Sequence record: OR525700
Length of the DNA stretch: 64,000 nt
Direction: 5' to 3' (one strand)
Source of the DNA: Escherichia phage vB-Eco-KMB37
Part shown: piece after piece, positions 52,327-61,721 of the stretch
How the letters are laid out: each line of letters starts with the position of its first letter
How positions within the stretch are numbered: position 1 is the stretch's first letter
The notes under the pieces: generated by a model
Database searches by the model: none
The model's input: the letters and a program-made list of their open reading frames with translations, nothing else
Told to the model about the DNA's origin: nothing
Made by a program: the position numbers and the translations under genes

Positions 52327-52878
52327 ATGAAAAAAGATGTTATTTACACTGGCTTTGAACTATATCAACCAGAATTGACAGAAGAAAATGTCATCTATCT
52401 TTCAATAGGTGCTGGTTTTCTTAAAGATAAAGATGGTAATGATTGGTACGAAATTCAGAAATATTTATCCAAAAATTACCCTGATGCCTATTTCTTAACT
52501 CTAGATCACAACAATGTAGTTGTTGCAGCTACGAAAGATGTTTCTACATATTTTCCCGCTGGTCTTACTGTTCTTGTAACATACAATGTTCCAGATAAAA
52601 TAGAAGAAGAAAGCAACCTAGGGTCGTGGAGATATGACAATGGTAAGTTTATTTCTCATAATGGGTTTGCAATAGAAGATGCCAACCTTAAAATGGAAAA
52701 AGAATTAACTTGGGCCACAAATCAAATATCTGCAATTCAAGATTTAGAGGAATTACAAGGTTTATCTGAAGAACAAAAAGATTGGTTAGGAAAAGTTAAA
52801 CTCTATCGTGCAACATTAATTCAAATTAACGTTGAAGATGCACCTAATATAACTTGGCCTACAAGACCTAAGAAATAG
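52327..52878 (+). CDS. Tail fibre assembly protein (Tfa-like)
   Basis: 183 aa; C-terminal region ...DWLGKVKLYRATLIQINVEDAPNITWPTRP typical of Tfa chaperones. Confidence 0.65.
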   Translation: MKKDVIYTGFELYQPELTEENVIYLSIGAGFLKDKDGNDWYEIQKYLSKNYPDAYFLTLDHNNVVVAATKDVSTYFPAGLTVLVTYNVPDKIEEESNLGSWRYDNGKFISHNGFAIEDANLKMEKELTWATNQISAIQDLEELQGLSEEQKDWLGKVKLYRATLIQINVEDAPNITWPTRPKK

Positions 52879-52887
52879 GGGCAATGT

Positions 52888-53229
52888 ATGGAGCTAACAG
52901 AAGTATGGGATATCGCTAAAGAGGCGATTATCCCTCTTATTGGCGTAATCTGGGTGGTCTTCAAACAGAAGATAGATGATATGGCAAGTGATTTGGATAA
53001 AATGGAAGACAAATACCGCGAACTAGAAAAGAAGTTGGTGTTTGTTGAATCCACTTATGCTACCAAAGCAGAACTTGCTCAAATGCTTAACCAGATCAAC
53101 TCTACATTAATGGCAAATAATACTGCCTTAGAACAGAAGATTGAAAAAATAATGGATTTAAAAAATGCTCCTGTTCAATTAATGTTAGAGGAGATTACAA
53201 AGCGCACACAAAGTAAGGACAAAAATTAA
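52888..53229 (+). CDS. Hypothetical protein with N-terminal TM-like helix and coiled coil
   Basis: EAIIPLIGVIWVVF hydrophobic segment then Lys/Glu-rich coiled coil. Confidence 0.35.
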   Translation: MELTEVWDIAKEAIIPLIGVIWVVFKQKIDDMASDLDKMEDKYRELEKKLVFVESTYATKAELAQMLNQINSTLMANNTALEQKIEKIMDLKNAPVQLMLEEITKRTQSKDKN

Positions 53230-55643
53230 TGGCGAATTTTCCAACATATCCTGCTACGACACTAGAACAAGGTGTTGATCTGGTTATATTCTCGTCTAAC
53301 CAGATGCATGATGTTATTAATGGGGATGCTACAGCAACTGTAGAAACCGAAACAGGTTTAATACCTACACTGCGTAAAGCACTTGTTGATAACTTCTTCT
53401 TTAAGAGTCCTGTTGCTTGGTCAGCAGGATCAACTGAAACTGTATTTAACCAGTTACGTTATTTTGAAAACGGTATCTTGAGTGGGTACTATTATGCCCC
53501 ATCTGCCACTACTGCTAACCCTGTACCTATGCAGGGTACACCTGTAGGAGACAGTAACTGGACTCTGTACGCTCTTAAAACTGAACAGTTAGCTTCAGAT
53601 GTGTATCCTTGGTATTTTAAAGGTGCTACAGGATATGAAACAGAAATCAGTCCTCCTTATATCTTTGATAATGCTATTGTCACCATTAACGGTGTAATTC
53701 AGATTCAAGGTGAAGCATTTACTATCAAAGATAGTAAAATTATTCTGGCAGAACCATTAGGTTTAGATCCGTCTACTGGTCTACCTAACAAATTGTTTGC
53801 TTTTATTGGTAAAACAACAGCCTCTACTTCTTACGTAGAGAAAAACCTTTTGTCATCTACCACTGGTGCAGCAATGGTTGGTCTTCCATCTGGAGGCAAC
53901 CTGTTACAAGCTCAATACTTTGTAACGCCTGAGCAGTTTGGTGCAATTGGTGATGGAGTTACCGATGATACTCAAGCAATTTTAAAAACCATTACTTTCG
54001 CTAACACGAATAACATTCAAGTACGTGCAGATAAGAATTATAGATTCACAAGCTCAATTGCTATGTCTGGTATTCGTTGGTATGGAGGTACATTCACTGG
54101 TAACGGTGGAACAATGATTTCTACTGTATCCTGTTGGATGGAAAACGTTCGCTTTGAAAAATGTTATGTTAAGATGTTAGGTGGCGATTGCCGATTCTAT
54201 CGTAATATCTTCTCCAATGCAACATCTACAGCAGCATTCTTAATGCAAGCAATGACAAGTGAAGGTACGTTGGACTTCAGTTACAACGAAATGTATGGTT
54301 GTAAATATGCGATCCTGCAACAAGGTACTGGAGAAGTAATGACCTACGGGCGTTACTCTAACAACTATATTCACGATATCAAAGGTGATGCTATTGAACT
54401 TAACGTAGTTCAAAAACACTACACTGAAGGTTTGATTATCGAGAATAACCACATTGCTAACGTAGATGCTTCTGGACAAGGGGCAAACTGGGGTATTGGT
54501 ATTGGTGTAGCAGGTAGTGGCCCATATGGTGTTGATGTTCCTGATTCACAATATGTACGTAACTTCAGTATCGTTGGGAATAGGGTTTACAATTGCCGTC
54601 AATGTTTACACGTTGAAATGGGTAAAAACTTCACGATACGTGATAATGAAGTTTATCCTAACACAGCAGTTTCAACAGGTACAGGTTTAACTACTTGTGG
54701 TGTTGCATTATACGGATGCCAAGATTTTGAAGTTGATGGTTTAACTGGTTATCTGCTTAATGATCCGTCTGTTTCAACACGCATGGTCTTTATTGATTGG
54801 GGTGTTAACAGTGGAAGATATGCGGGGCCACCAATTAACTTTACAATTAAGAATTTGGATATTCCAGAATCTTCAATTGAGATTGCAACATCTGGATCAG
54901 ATGCTTGGGAAAACTCTACAATTGTTAGTAACATCAATTGTAATGTTTTTAAATGGCGTGGGCTACCATCTAGCTCTACTTTTAATAATATTCGTTGCCG
55001 TAGTATTGACTTTATTGGTCAACACGGAAGCGGAGAAGGAAGTGGTGGCGGTTTCTATACTCGCAGCCAATTCACGTATATGAAGTGGGTAGGATGTACA
55101 GCACTTAGCGGAGATGAAACAACAGTTTCTTTTGCTAAAATCTACACTGATCGTTGCGATCAGGTTGGAAATAACTTTGGTGTTCCAACTGCTGTTGATG
55201 GTACAGGTCATCGTGGGCCAGTTTTAACTACTATTTCTGAACAATATTTTACAGCTTATGATGAATTCCCAGGTGGGCGTGAATTCCCTACTGGAACAGT
55301 TATTCATTGTGCAAGCGGTAAAAAACATGTTGTTACAGTAGGTGGTGCTTTCTTTAGTGCCAACGAGAAAATAAAAGCAACTGTTACAGGTCAAACCTAT
55401 CTACAGTCTAATGCTTTAAACTGGGCTAGTAATGGCTACGCTAAAGCAGCAGGTACTAAGATTGTTATTCCAGGTGCAGGTGCAAATGGCGGCGATCTTG
55501 TGACAACTATAGCACGTGCTACATATGTGACAAATAGTTTGTACACAATAGATATTGCAGATCCAATTGTAACACCTACAGCAGAGAATACACAAATCAA
55601 AGCTCTGAACCCTGTTACTTTTGTTACTGTCAATAATGCTTAA
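53229..55643 (+). CDS. Tail spike with parallel beta-helix (pectate-lyase-like) domain, putative depolymerase
   Basis: Repetitive N/G/V-rich beta-helix-like segments (NNHIANVDASGQGANWGIGIGVAG...VGNRVYNCRQCLHVE...RDNEVY); 804 aa. Confidence 0.55.
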   Translation: MANFPTYPATTLEQGVDLVIFSSNQMHDVINGDATATVETETGLIPTLRKALVDNFFFKSPVAWSAGSTETVFNQLRYFENGILSGYYYAPSATTANPVPMQGTPVGDSNWTLYALKTEQLASDVYPWYFKGATGYETEISPPYIFDNAIVTINGVIQIQGEAFTIKDSKIILAEPLGLDPSTGLPNKLFAFIGKTTASTSYVEKNLLSSTTGAAMVGLPSGGNLLQAQYFVTPEQFGAIGDGVTDDTQAILKTITFANTNNIQVRADKNYRFTSSIAMSGIRWYGGTFTGNGGTMISTVSCWMENVRFEKCYVKMLGGDCRFYRNIFSNATSTAAFLMQAMTSEGTLDFSYNEMYGCKYAILQQGTGEVMTYGRYSNNYIHDIKGDAIELNVVQKHYTEGLIIENNHIANVDASGQGANWGIGIGVAGSGPYGVDVPDSQYVRNFSIVGNRVYNCRQCLHVEMGKNFTIRDNEVYPNTAVSTGTGLTTCGVALYGCQDFEVDGLTGYLLNDPSVSTRMVFIDWGVNSGRYAGPPINFTIKNLDIPESSIEIATSGSDAWENSTIVSNINCNVFKWRGLPSSSTFNNIRCRSIDFIGQHGSGEGSGGGFYTRSQFTYMKWVGCTALSGDETTVSFAKIYTDRCDQVGNNFGVPTAVDGTGHRGPVLTTISEQYFTAYDEFPGGREFPTGTVIHCASGKKHVVTVGGAFFSANEKIKATVTGQTYLQSNALNWASNGYAKAAGTKIVIPGAGANGGDLVTTIARATYVTNSLYTIDIADPIVTPTAENTQIKALNPVTFVTVNNA

Positions 55644-55650
55644 TTAAAAA

Positions 55651-55674
55651 AGGGGCGAAAGCCCCTTTATAAAA
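55651..55674 (+). terminator. Rho-independent terminator
   Basis: AGGGGC-GAAA-GCCCCT hairpin then TTTAT. Confidence 0.5.
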
Positions 55675-55685
55675 GGAGTAGTAAA

Positions 55686-57647
55686 GTGATTTTAACACGT
55701 CCAAATAGTGCCATTGCAGACATGGTAGAGTCTCGCTATAGAAAGCGTAGAAGTTTTGCAAGTGGTTTTACCTTAAGAGATGCTCGTGAAGCATTGCTCT
55801 TTGAAACTGACGGTAACTACTATCAGTGGAAAGGTTCTCTACCTAAAGTTGTACCTGCTAACTCTACTCCTACATCTACTGGAGGGATTTCAGATACAGC
55901 TTGGAAAAATGTGGGTAATGCAGATGACATTGCTCAAATAGAATCAGAATTAGATGCTATTGAAGCTGAAATTGAAGATCTTAGAGAATCCATTCCAGAA
56001 GCTGGTAAATCAGCTTACCAGATTGCCGTAGACAATGGTTTCCAAGGTACTGAGACAGACTGGTTGGCTTCTTTAAAAGGTGATCCAGGTGCTCCATTAA
56101 AGCTGCTAGGGACGCTATCTAATACCAACCAATTACCTACAACTGGAAACAATGCAGGAGATGCATGGATTGTAGGCGAGAATATGTATGCTTGGGATGG
56201 TACTGCTTGGAGAAAAGTAAACTCACAGGGGCCAGAAGGTAAATCAGCTTATCAAGTTTGGCTTGCAGCAGGAAACCAAGGTACAGAACTAGATTATCTT
56301 GCTTCAATTAAAGGTGATAAAGGGGAGCCTGGCCCAGAGGGGCCACAAGGTGTGCCAGGTAACAATGCTAATGGTTTTGATTACCAAGGTGCAGCTAATT
56401 CCGTTTCAGATCTTCCTTCTGCATCTCCTGGAAACACATCTCAAGCATGGAGTATTGGTACATATCTATACGTGTCAAACGGTGTAGAATGGATCAATAT
56501 GGGCGCTATAGTGGGGCCAAAAGGAGATAAAGGCGACAAAGGAGATAAGGGTAACACTGGTGATTCTGCTTATCAAGTCTGGTTAAATGCTGGTAACGTT
56601 GGTACTATTGACGAATATATTGCCTCTCTGAAAGGAGAAAAAGGTGATAAGGGAGACAAGGGTGATCAAGGTGAGCAGGGTATACAAGGCTTGACGGGGC
56701 CAACTGGTGCAGGGTTGACCATTATTGATATTCTGACTGACACTTCTGAACTACCACAAACTGGAGAAGATGGTGATGGTTATCTGATCAATAATGAACT
56801 TTGGGTTTGGTTGCAAGGAGCCACACAGTGGACAAATGTTGGTCGTTTAGCTGGTACTCCAATCACTGCAAAAGGACACGTTGCGTCTGCAAGTGCACTT
56901 CCTCCTACATCCAATTACGGTGATGCTTATCTGACGGAAGATACAGGTCATCTTTACATTTACACCTATGATGAACAAACTCAAACTGCTGAATATGTAG
57001 ATATGGGTAGTTTGAAAGGTGATAAGGGTGAGAAAGGTGACGCTGGTACTAATGGTACGGATGGTGCAACTTGGATTGTTAAAACAACAGATCCAATCTC
57101 TAGTGATGGTAAACAAGGGGATTATGCCTTTAATATCTCCACTGGCGAGGTGTTCTTAAAAACATCTGCAACTGCCTGGACTTCTCAAGGTACACTGCCT
57201 AGCATCACAGATGCACCTAGTGACGGTAAGATCTATGCTCGTAAAGATGGAACATGGGAAGAACTCACTAGTTCTGTAGATGGTCAAGATATAGTTCCAA
57301 CAAAAGTAACAACTAATTTTATAGAGGTTACAGCATACACCAACAACTCTGTTACAGGGGACTGGACACCTCCAGGAACACATAACATGAATGTGTTGAA
57401 TCTTACTGGTAACTCTACTATAAAAGCATGGCCTGGTGTCGAAGATAGCACAAAACCTAAACCATTCTCTGCAATAGTTTATCTTATCCAAGATGCCACT
57501 GGGGGTCATACTGTTACTTTAGATCCATCTTACAAAGTAATTGGTTCTAGTGATATTAATACAGATCCTAACGGAGTAACAATACTACAACTAACATATT
57601 GTGGTGTTGGTGATTACGTGGATGCTATTGTTGCTAAACGCACATAA
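55686..57647 (+). CDS. Tail fibre with collagen-like Gly-X-Y repeats
   Basis: GDKGEPGPEGPQGVPG, GPKGDKGDKGDKGNTGD, KGEKGDKGDKGDQGEQGIQGLTGPTG; a roughly 30-aa SAYQ...LASLKG motif repeated three times; GTG start. Confidence 0.6.
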   Translation: MILTRPNSAIADMVESRYRKRRSFASGFTLRDAREALLFETDGNYYQWKGSLPKVVPANSTPTSTGGISDTAWKNVGNADDIAQIESELDAIEAEIEDLRESIPEAGKSAYQIAVDNGFQGTETDWLASLKGDPGAPLKLLGTLSNTNQLPTTGNNAGDAWIVGENMYAWDGTAWRKVNSQGPEGKSAYQVWLAAGNQGTELDYLASIKGDKGEPGPEGPQGVPGNNANGFDYQGAANSVSDLPSASPGNTSQAWSIGTYLYVSNGVEWINMGAIVGPKGDKGDKGDKGNTGDSAYQVWLNAGNVGTIDEYIASLKGEKGDKGDKGDQGEQGIQGLTGPTGAGLTIIDILTDTSELPQTGEDGDGYLINNELWVWLQGATQWTNVGRLAGTPITAKGHVASASALPPTSNYGDAYLTEDTGHLYIYTYDEQTQTAEYVDMGSLKGDKGEKGDAGTNGTDGATWIVKTTDPISSDGKQGDYAFNISTGEVFLKTSATAWTSQGTLPSITDAPSDGKIYARKDGTWEELTSSVDGQDIVPTKVTTNFIEVTAYTNNSVTGDWTPPGTHNMNVLNLTGNSTIKAWPGVEDSTKPKPFSAIVYLIQDATGGHTVTLDPSYKVIGSSDINTDPNGVTILQLTYCGVGDYVDAIVAKRT

Positions 57648-57649
57648 TC

Positions 57650-57676
57650 AAAGCCCCTTCGGGGGCTTATTGTTTA
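57650..57676 (+). terminator. Rho-independent terminator
   Basis: AAGCCCC-TTCG-GGGGCTT hairpin then ATTGTTT. Confidence 0.5.
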
Positions 57677-57686
57677 AGGAGATTAA

Positions 57687-60506
57687 ATGTATCCTATTCC
57701 TTTATTTATGTCAACAACATCAGCTTCAGTAGTAACAGCTACATCTATAACTACTTCCTCTATTGGTATTGCAATAGTTGGTGGTAAAAAACAACTGACA
57801 TACACAGTTACACCCGAAGATGGTGCGTTATTTGATATAGCTTTTTCATCTTCAGATGATACCAAAATGGTTATAGATAATAGTGGTATGATGGAGTTTG
57901 TTGCCGAAGGTGGTTTTGATGCAATAATGACAGCTAAAAATAATTTAGGTGCTGTCTTAACTGATCAATCTGGTGGTTATGCTTCAGAATTAAGTGTGTA
58001 CACTGAAAGTCTATCGGCTATGGATGTAGGCACTACTCAACAGTTGGTTGCTACAATCAGTCCAGAAGGTGCTAAAGACCTTCCAGATATGGTAATTACA
58101 TACACCACAACAGATCCAGAAGTAGCTACTGTAAGCCCTACAGGGTTAATAACTGCTCTTAAAGATGGCGGTTGCCGTATAGGTTGTACTGCAACGTATC
58201 AAGGAACAGTTGTGGCCTCTGATAGTTCTTATTTAGGTGTTAATGCTATTCCTGTTATTTCTAATGTAACAGCCGTGGCAAACAGCTATGGAGACGTTCG
58301 TGTTGCTTGGGATGTAGCTGATCCGCTAGACGGTGATACTTATACTGTAGAAGTATTAGATTTAAGTAATAATAGTGTTCAGTGGACTACAACAACCACG
58401 AATACTTACGCCTACTTTGATATCTCTGACTCTATTCCTCTTTATGGGTTTGCTCCAACATACCTTAAAATTAGCGTTAAGAGCACCAAAGCAGCAGCCG
58501 TTATCTTTAATAACTCAATAGCTACAGATGATTCGTTCATTAAAGAAGTTATTGTCTTTGCTGGACAAGATAACGTAAATGCACACTTTACAGAACTATC
58601 TGGTGCAAATAAAGCAGCAATGGGTAGCACAACAGCCCGTAATGCATATGCTACGCAACGTGGTTTAGCAAATGCTGAAGTTCTTCCGTTAAATACAGCT
58701 TCTGGATCATCAGCAGCAGATAAATATGCTGACGATAAAGCTGGAACAGGTACACCAGATAACTACTGGTATGATCTGGATAACACAGCAGATGGGCCAT
58801 GCTTAACTAACTTTATCACTAAAGTCACACCTTATGCAAGTAAGGTTAAAGCAATTATTTGGGGACAAGGTGAAAATGATGCTGTATCAGCATCTTCGAC
58901 TGTTGCAGGTAGGTACAGTAACACTACACGTTACCATGATGCTACGATAGCTATCTTTGATAAGATGCGTACAATAGTTCCTGCTTCTCAAGCAAAAATT
59001 GTTTGGCAGATCCTAGGACGTTCTTATTTATATGGTGTAGAAGTTAATGGTGTGGATTGGCAGAAGTACAGAAATGTACAAAGAACCATCTCTACAGCAC
59101 GTGATGATGTTATCATTGGTTCTTGGGTAGATGGTGCTGAACGTTACAGTGGTTATGTTTATGAAGAAGGTATTGATGGTCGTATCCATTATATTTCTTC
59201 TGTATACCAAACAGCAGCTACAAAACTTGCTAAATCAGCAGCAGACGGTACAGACTTAACATCAACGTCACCTGTTTGGGTTGATATGGCTGTTCCAACT
59301 GGAGCAACAGCTACTTCCCAACCTAATCAAGATACAATTTTAGCATGGGATGCTCAAGGCTATAGTAAACACTACTTCCGTAATATTAACGTCTTAACAG
59401 CATCTGTAGTAGCTGAACAAACGCTTAATACGAACAGTTATACGTTTACCTATGCAGATCAAGTAGAACAATATGGTTTTGCGGCAGGAACTACTATATT
59501 TGATGTTGCATATTATGACGAAGCAAATGATGTGTTATCTCCTTTAGTACGTTTTAATGTTAACGTTACAGCAGGAACAGTGGAAGACAAACCTGTCGTG
59601 ATGGATTATGACTTGACGCAAGAAACTCTTCCATCAGGTGTTCAGGCTAATGGCGGGAACTCTTTTGCTCGTGCTTCTGGAGATATACTTGTAGCCACTA
59701 ACACCTTGGTTGCTCCGTTGGAGTATGTTGGTACTACCCCTGTAGGTAGACGTGTAACAGCTAACACAGCCTCACAAATTTTTGTCAACAACGCCTTAAC
59801 AAGTGCAAGCCCGTGGGTAAAGACCAACTTAACTGTTGCAGCTTCGTCTGATAACTCTCCGGCTGGAACTACTGCCAATGTATTCAAATTAACTCCGACT
59901 ACAACCTCTGGTAGTCATATCTTAACTGCAACATATACTAACGCGTACAACATATACGCCGGACGTAACTGGTCTGCCTCTGTTTTCTTGAAAGCGAACG
60001 GGATTACTAAGGCCAAACTAAGATTACAAGCAGGGACTGAAGTTAATGAGGGTACTTTTGATTTAGCAGCAGGCACATTCACAGGAAGTGAAGCTAATAT
60101 TATATCTATGGGCAACGGTTGGTATCGTGCTATTCTGCATAAAACAGGGATAGCCAAACAGTCCTCCATAAGTTTTGAAATAATTGCCTTGGATGCAACT
60201 GGTGCGGAGATTTTCGCTGGAGATGGTACTAGTAACCTTGCAGTTTGGTTGCCACAGCTTGAAGGTGCTCCTACAGGACAAACATCAAAAGCTGGATCGC
60301 CTTTTGTCTGCACATATCCTGGAAATTTAGGAGGAGTATCCTTCACTATACCAAGGAACGGACATACTGGCGTGGATGTTTACTATTCCAACGGAGACGT
60401 TGTTCGTGACGTATTCTCTGGTACGGCATCTACTTGGACAATAAACTACTCCAGCTTGTACGATTGGGGATCAGTCTTTATTACAGGTTTGAAATATTAC
60501 GACTAA
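57687..60506 (+). CDS. Large tail fibre with Ig-like (Big_2-type) repeats and an SGNH/SASA-like esterase domain
   Basis: Two Big_2-like N-terminal segments; esterase-like motifs VIVFAGQDNVNAHF and AIIWGQGENDAV (GQSN / WxQGExD pattern); 939 aa. Confidence 0.5.
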   Translation: MYPIPLFMSTTSASVVTATSITTSSIGIAIVGGKKQLTYTVTPEDGALFDIAFSSSDDTKMVIDNSGMMEFVAEGGFDAIMTAKNNLGAVLTDQSGGYASELSVYTESLSAMDVGTTQQLVATISPEGAKDLPDMVITYTTTDPEVATVSPTGLITALKDGGCRIGCTATYQGTVVASDSSYLGVNAIPVISNVTAVANSYGDVRVAWDVADPLDGDTYTVEVLDLSNNSVQWTTTTTNTYAYFDISDSIPLYGFAPTYLKISVKSTKAAAVIFNNSIATDDSFIKEVIVFAGQDNVNAHFTELSGANKAAMGSTTARNAYATQRGLANAEVLPLNTASGSSAADKYADDKAGTGTPDNYWYDLDNTADGPCLTNFITKVTPYASKVKAIIWGQGENDAVSASSTVAGRYSNTTRYHDATIAIFDKMRTIVPASQAKIVWQILGRSYLYGVEVNGVDWQKYRNVQRTISTARDDVIIGSWVDGAERYSGYVYEEGIDGRIHYISSVYQTAATKLAKSAADGTDLTSTSPVWVDMAVPTGATATSQPNQDTILAWDAQGYSKHYFRNINVLTASVVAEQTLNTNSYTFTYADQVEQYGFAAGTTIFDVAYYDEANDVLSPLVRFNVNVTAGTVEDKPVVMDYDLTQETLPSGVQANGGNSFARASGDILVATNTLVAPLEYVGTTPVGRRVTANTASQIFVNNALTSASPWVKTNLTVAASSDNSPAGTTANVFKLTPTTTSGSHILTATYTNAYNIYAGRNWSASVFLKANGITKAKLRLQAGTEVNEGTFDLAAGTFTGSEANIISMGNGWYRAILHKTGIAKQSSISFEIIALDATGAEIFAGDGTSNLAVWLPQLEGAPTGQTSKAGSPFVCTYPGNLGGVSFTIPRNGHTGVDVYYSNGDVVRDVFSGTASTWTINYSSLYDWGSVFITGLKYYD

Positions 60507-60508
60507 TA

Positions 60509-60540
60509 AAAAAGGAGCCATTAGGCTCCTTTTCTTTTAT
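60509..60540. terminator. Bidirectional terminator between convergent genes; first copy of a repeated hairpin
   Basis: AGGAGCC-ATTA-GGCTCCT hairpin then TTTCTTTT; near-identical copy at 61678-61700. Confidence 0.55.
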
Positions 60541-60541
60541 C

Positions 60542-60973
60542 TTAATCAGTGAAAATTACGCTTACATCTTCTTTAGAAAAGAGTTTATGATCTTCACCTT
60601 TTGTCTCAAGAGTTTCATACAGGCTAAGAAGTTCTGAAACATCTTTCTCTACCAGTTTCTTCAATGTTGCAATTTTCTGTTTGCGACTCTTAATACGTTC
60701 AGCTACAACCTTACGCTGGTATCCGGCAGTACGATAACCTGAGAAAGTTACACCAGTAAGGCTTGCAGTTACAGGATCGTAATGACGTTCAATCTGAAAC
60801 TTATTAAAAGGTACAGCGTCATCACGAATAATCTTACCGCCATTACTTACTTGACGAAGACCAGTAACTTGTTCCAGTCGTGCCATAGAAATCTTTGGAG
60901 ACAGACCAGAGTCCAGGTTCATACCATTGTTAATCAGTGCTTTCAGGGTGATTTTGCTGTTCAGTGTACTCAT
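60542..60973 (-). CDS. Hypothetical protein (start probably internal Met near 60922)
   Basis: 143-aa ORF whose longest form overlaps the methyltransferase 3' end by 44 nt. Confidence 0.4.
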   Translation of the reverse strand: MSTLNSKITLKALINNGMNLDSGLSPKISMARLEQVTGLRQVSNGGKIIRDDAVPFNKFQIERHYDPVTASLTGVTFSGYRTAGYQRKVVAERIKSRKQKIATLKKLVEKDVSELLSLYETLETKGEDHKLFSKEDVSVIFTD

Positions 60974-61661
60974 TTAGTCGTTCCTCCGCTTGCTTAAAAA
61001 TATTTACATCGGCTTCACAGCCTAAGTATTCTCTACCTGTTAAAAGTGCCGCAACTTGTGTTGTTGCACTTCCAGAGAAGAAGTCTAAGACTACATCTCC
61101 TTCGTTGGTGTGTATATTAATAAGGTCACAAAACAAAGTCAAGTGTTTTTGTGTTGGATGAAAACGATCTGCTCCTTGATAGATAGGATACTCAAACACA
61201 CCCTTATGGTAGGAAGCATTGAAGGTTGGTTTCGAACCTTTAACACAAACAATAGCCATCTCTTTAGCGTTACTAAGGTAGTTAACACCACTGTTGATGG
61301 GTACAGGGTTTGTTTTAATCCATTCGATAGTACGGAACATACGAAAACCAAGCGGTTCAAGGATTTCACGTAGCTCTTGGATCTTCCAGATATCATACCA
61401 AACTATGCAAGTACCACCTTTTCTAAGCACCCTGTAGGCTTCTTTGAATACTTCTTTAAAGTAAGGAATATCTACAACATCCCAGTCACCAAAGTTGTAA
61501 GATACACGGAATCTATCCGTATCTTTTCCAGTAGGCTCTCCAGACTGAAAATTTGTGTCACGAGAAATAGCATATGGTGGGTCAGTAAGAATCAAATCTA
61601 CACTATTGCTTTCGAGGGTTTGCAGGTAGTTTAATGCGGTGTTGTTTACAAATTCGCTCAT
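60930..61661 (-). CDS. DNA methyltransferase, beta class (N6-adenine or N4-cytosine)
   Basis: DPPY (ILTDPPYAI) near the N-terminus and AdoMet motif VLDFFSGSATT near the C-terminus. Confidence 0.8.
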   Translation of the reverse strand: MSEFVNNTALNYLQTLESNSVDLILTDPPYAISRDTNFQSGEPTGKDTDRFRVSYNFGDWDVVDIPYFKEVFKEAYRVLRKGGTCIVWYDIWKIQELREILEPLGFRMFRTIEWIKTNPVPINSGVNYLSNAKEMAIVCVKGSKPTFNASYHKGVFEYPIYQGADRFHPTQKHLTLFCDLINIHTNEGDVVLDFFSGSATTQVAALLTGREYLGCEADVNIFKQAEERLNEYTEQQNHPESTD

Positions 61662-61677
61662 TATATCTCCTTCAAAG

Positions 61678-61700
61678 AAAAGGAGCCGTTAGGCTCCTTA
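61678..61700 (-). terminator. Terminator-like hairpin; second copy of the repeated hairpin
   Basis: AAGGAGCC-GTTA-GGCTCCTT between the SSB-like and methyltransferase genes. Confidence 0.45.
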
Positions 61701-61721
61701 TATTCACACAATATTTAACTA

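Noticed and set aside
56500-56720. Short tandem DNA repeats (aaaggagataaaggcgacaaaggagataag...) considered as a possible CRISPR-like or VNTR array
   Set aside because: They are in-frame codons for Gly-Asp-Lys collagen-like triplets within the fibre gene; no spacer-repeat structure.
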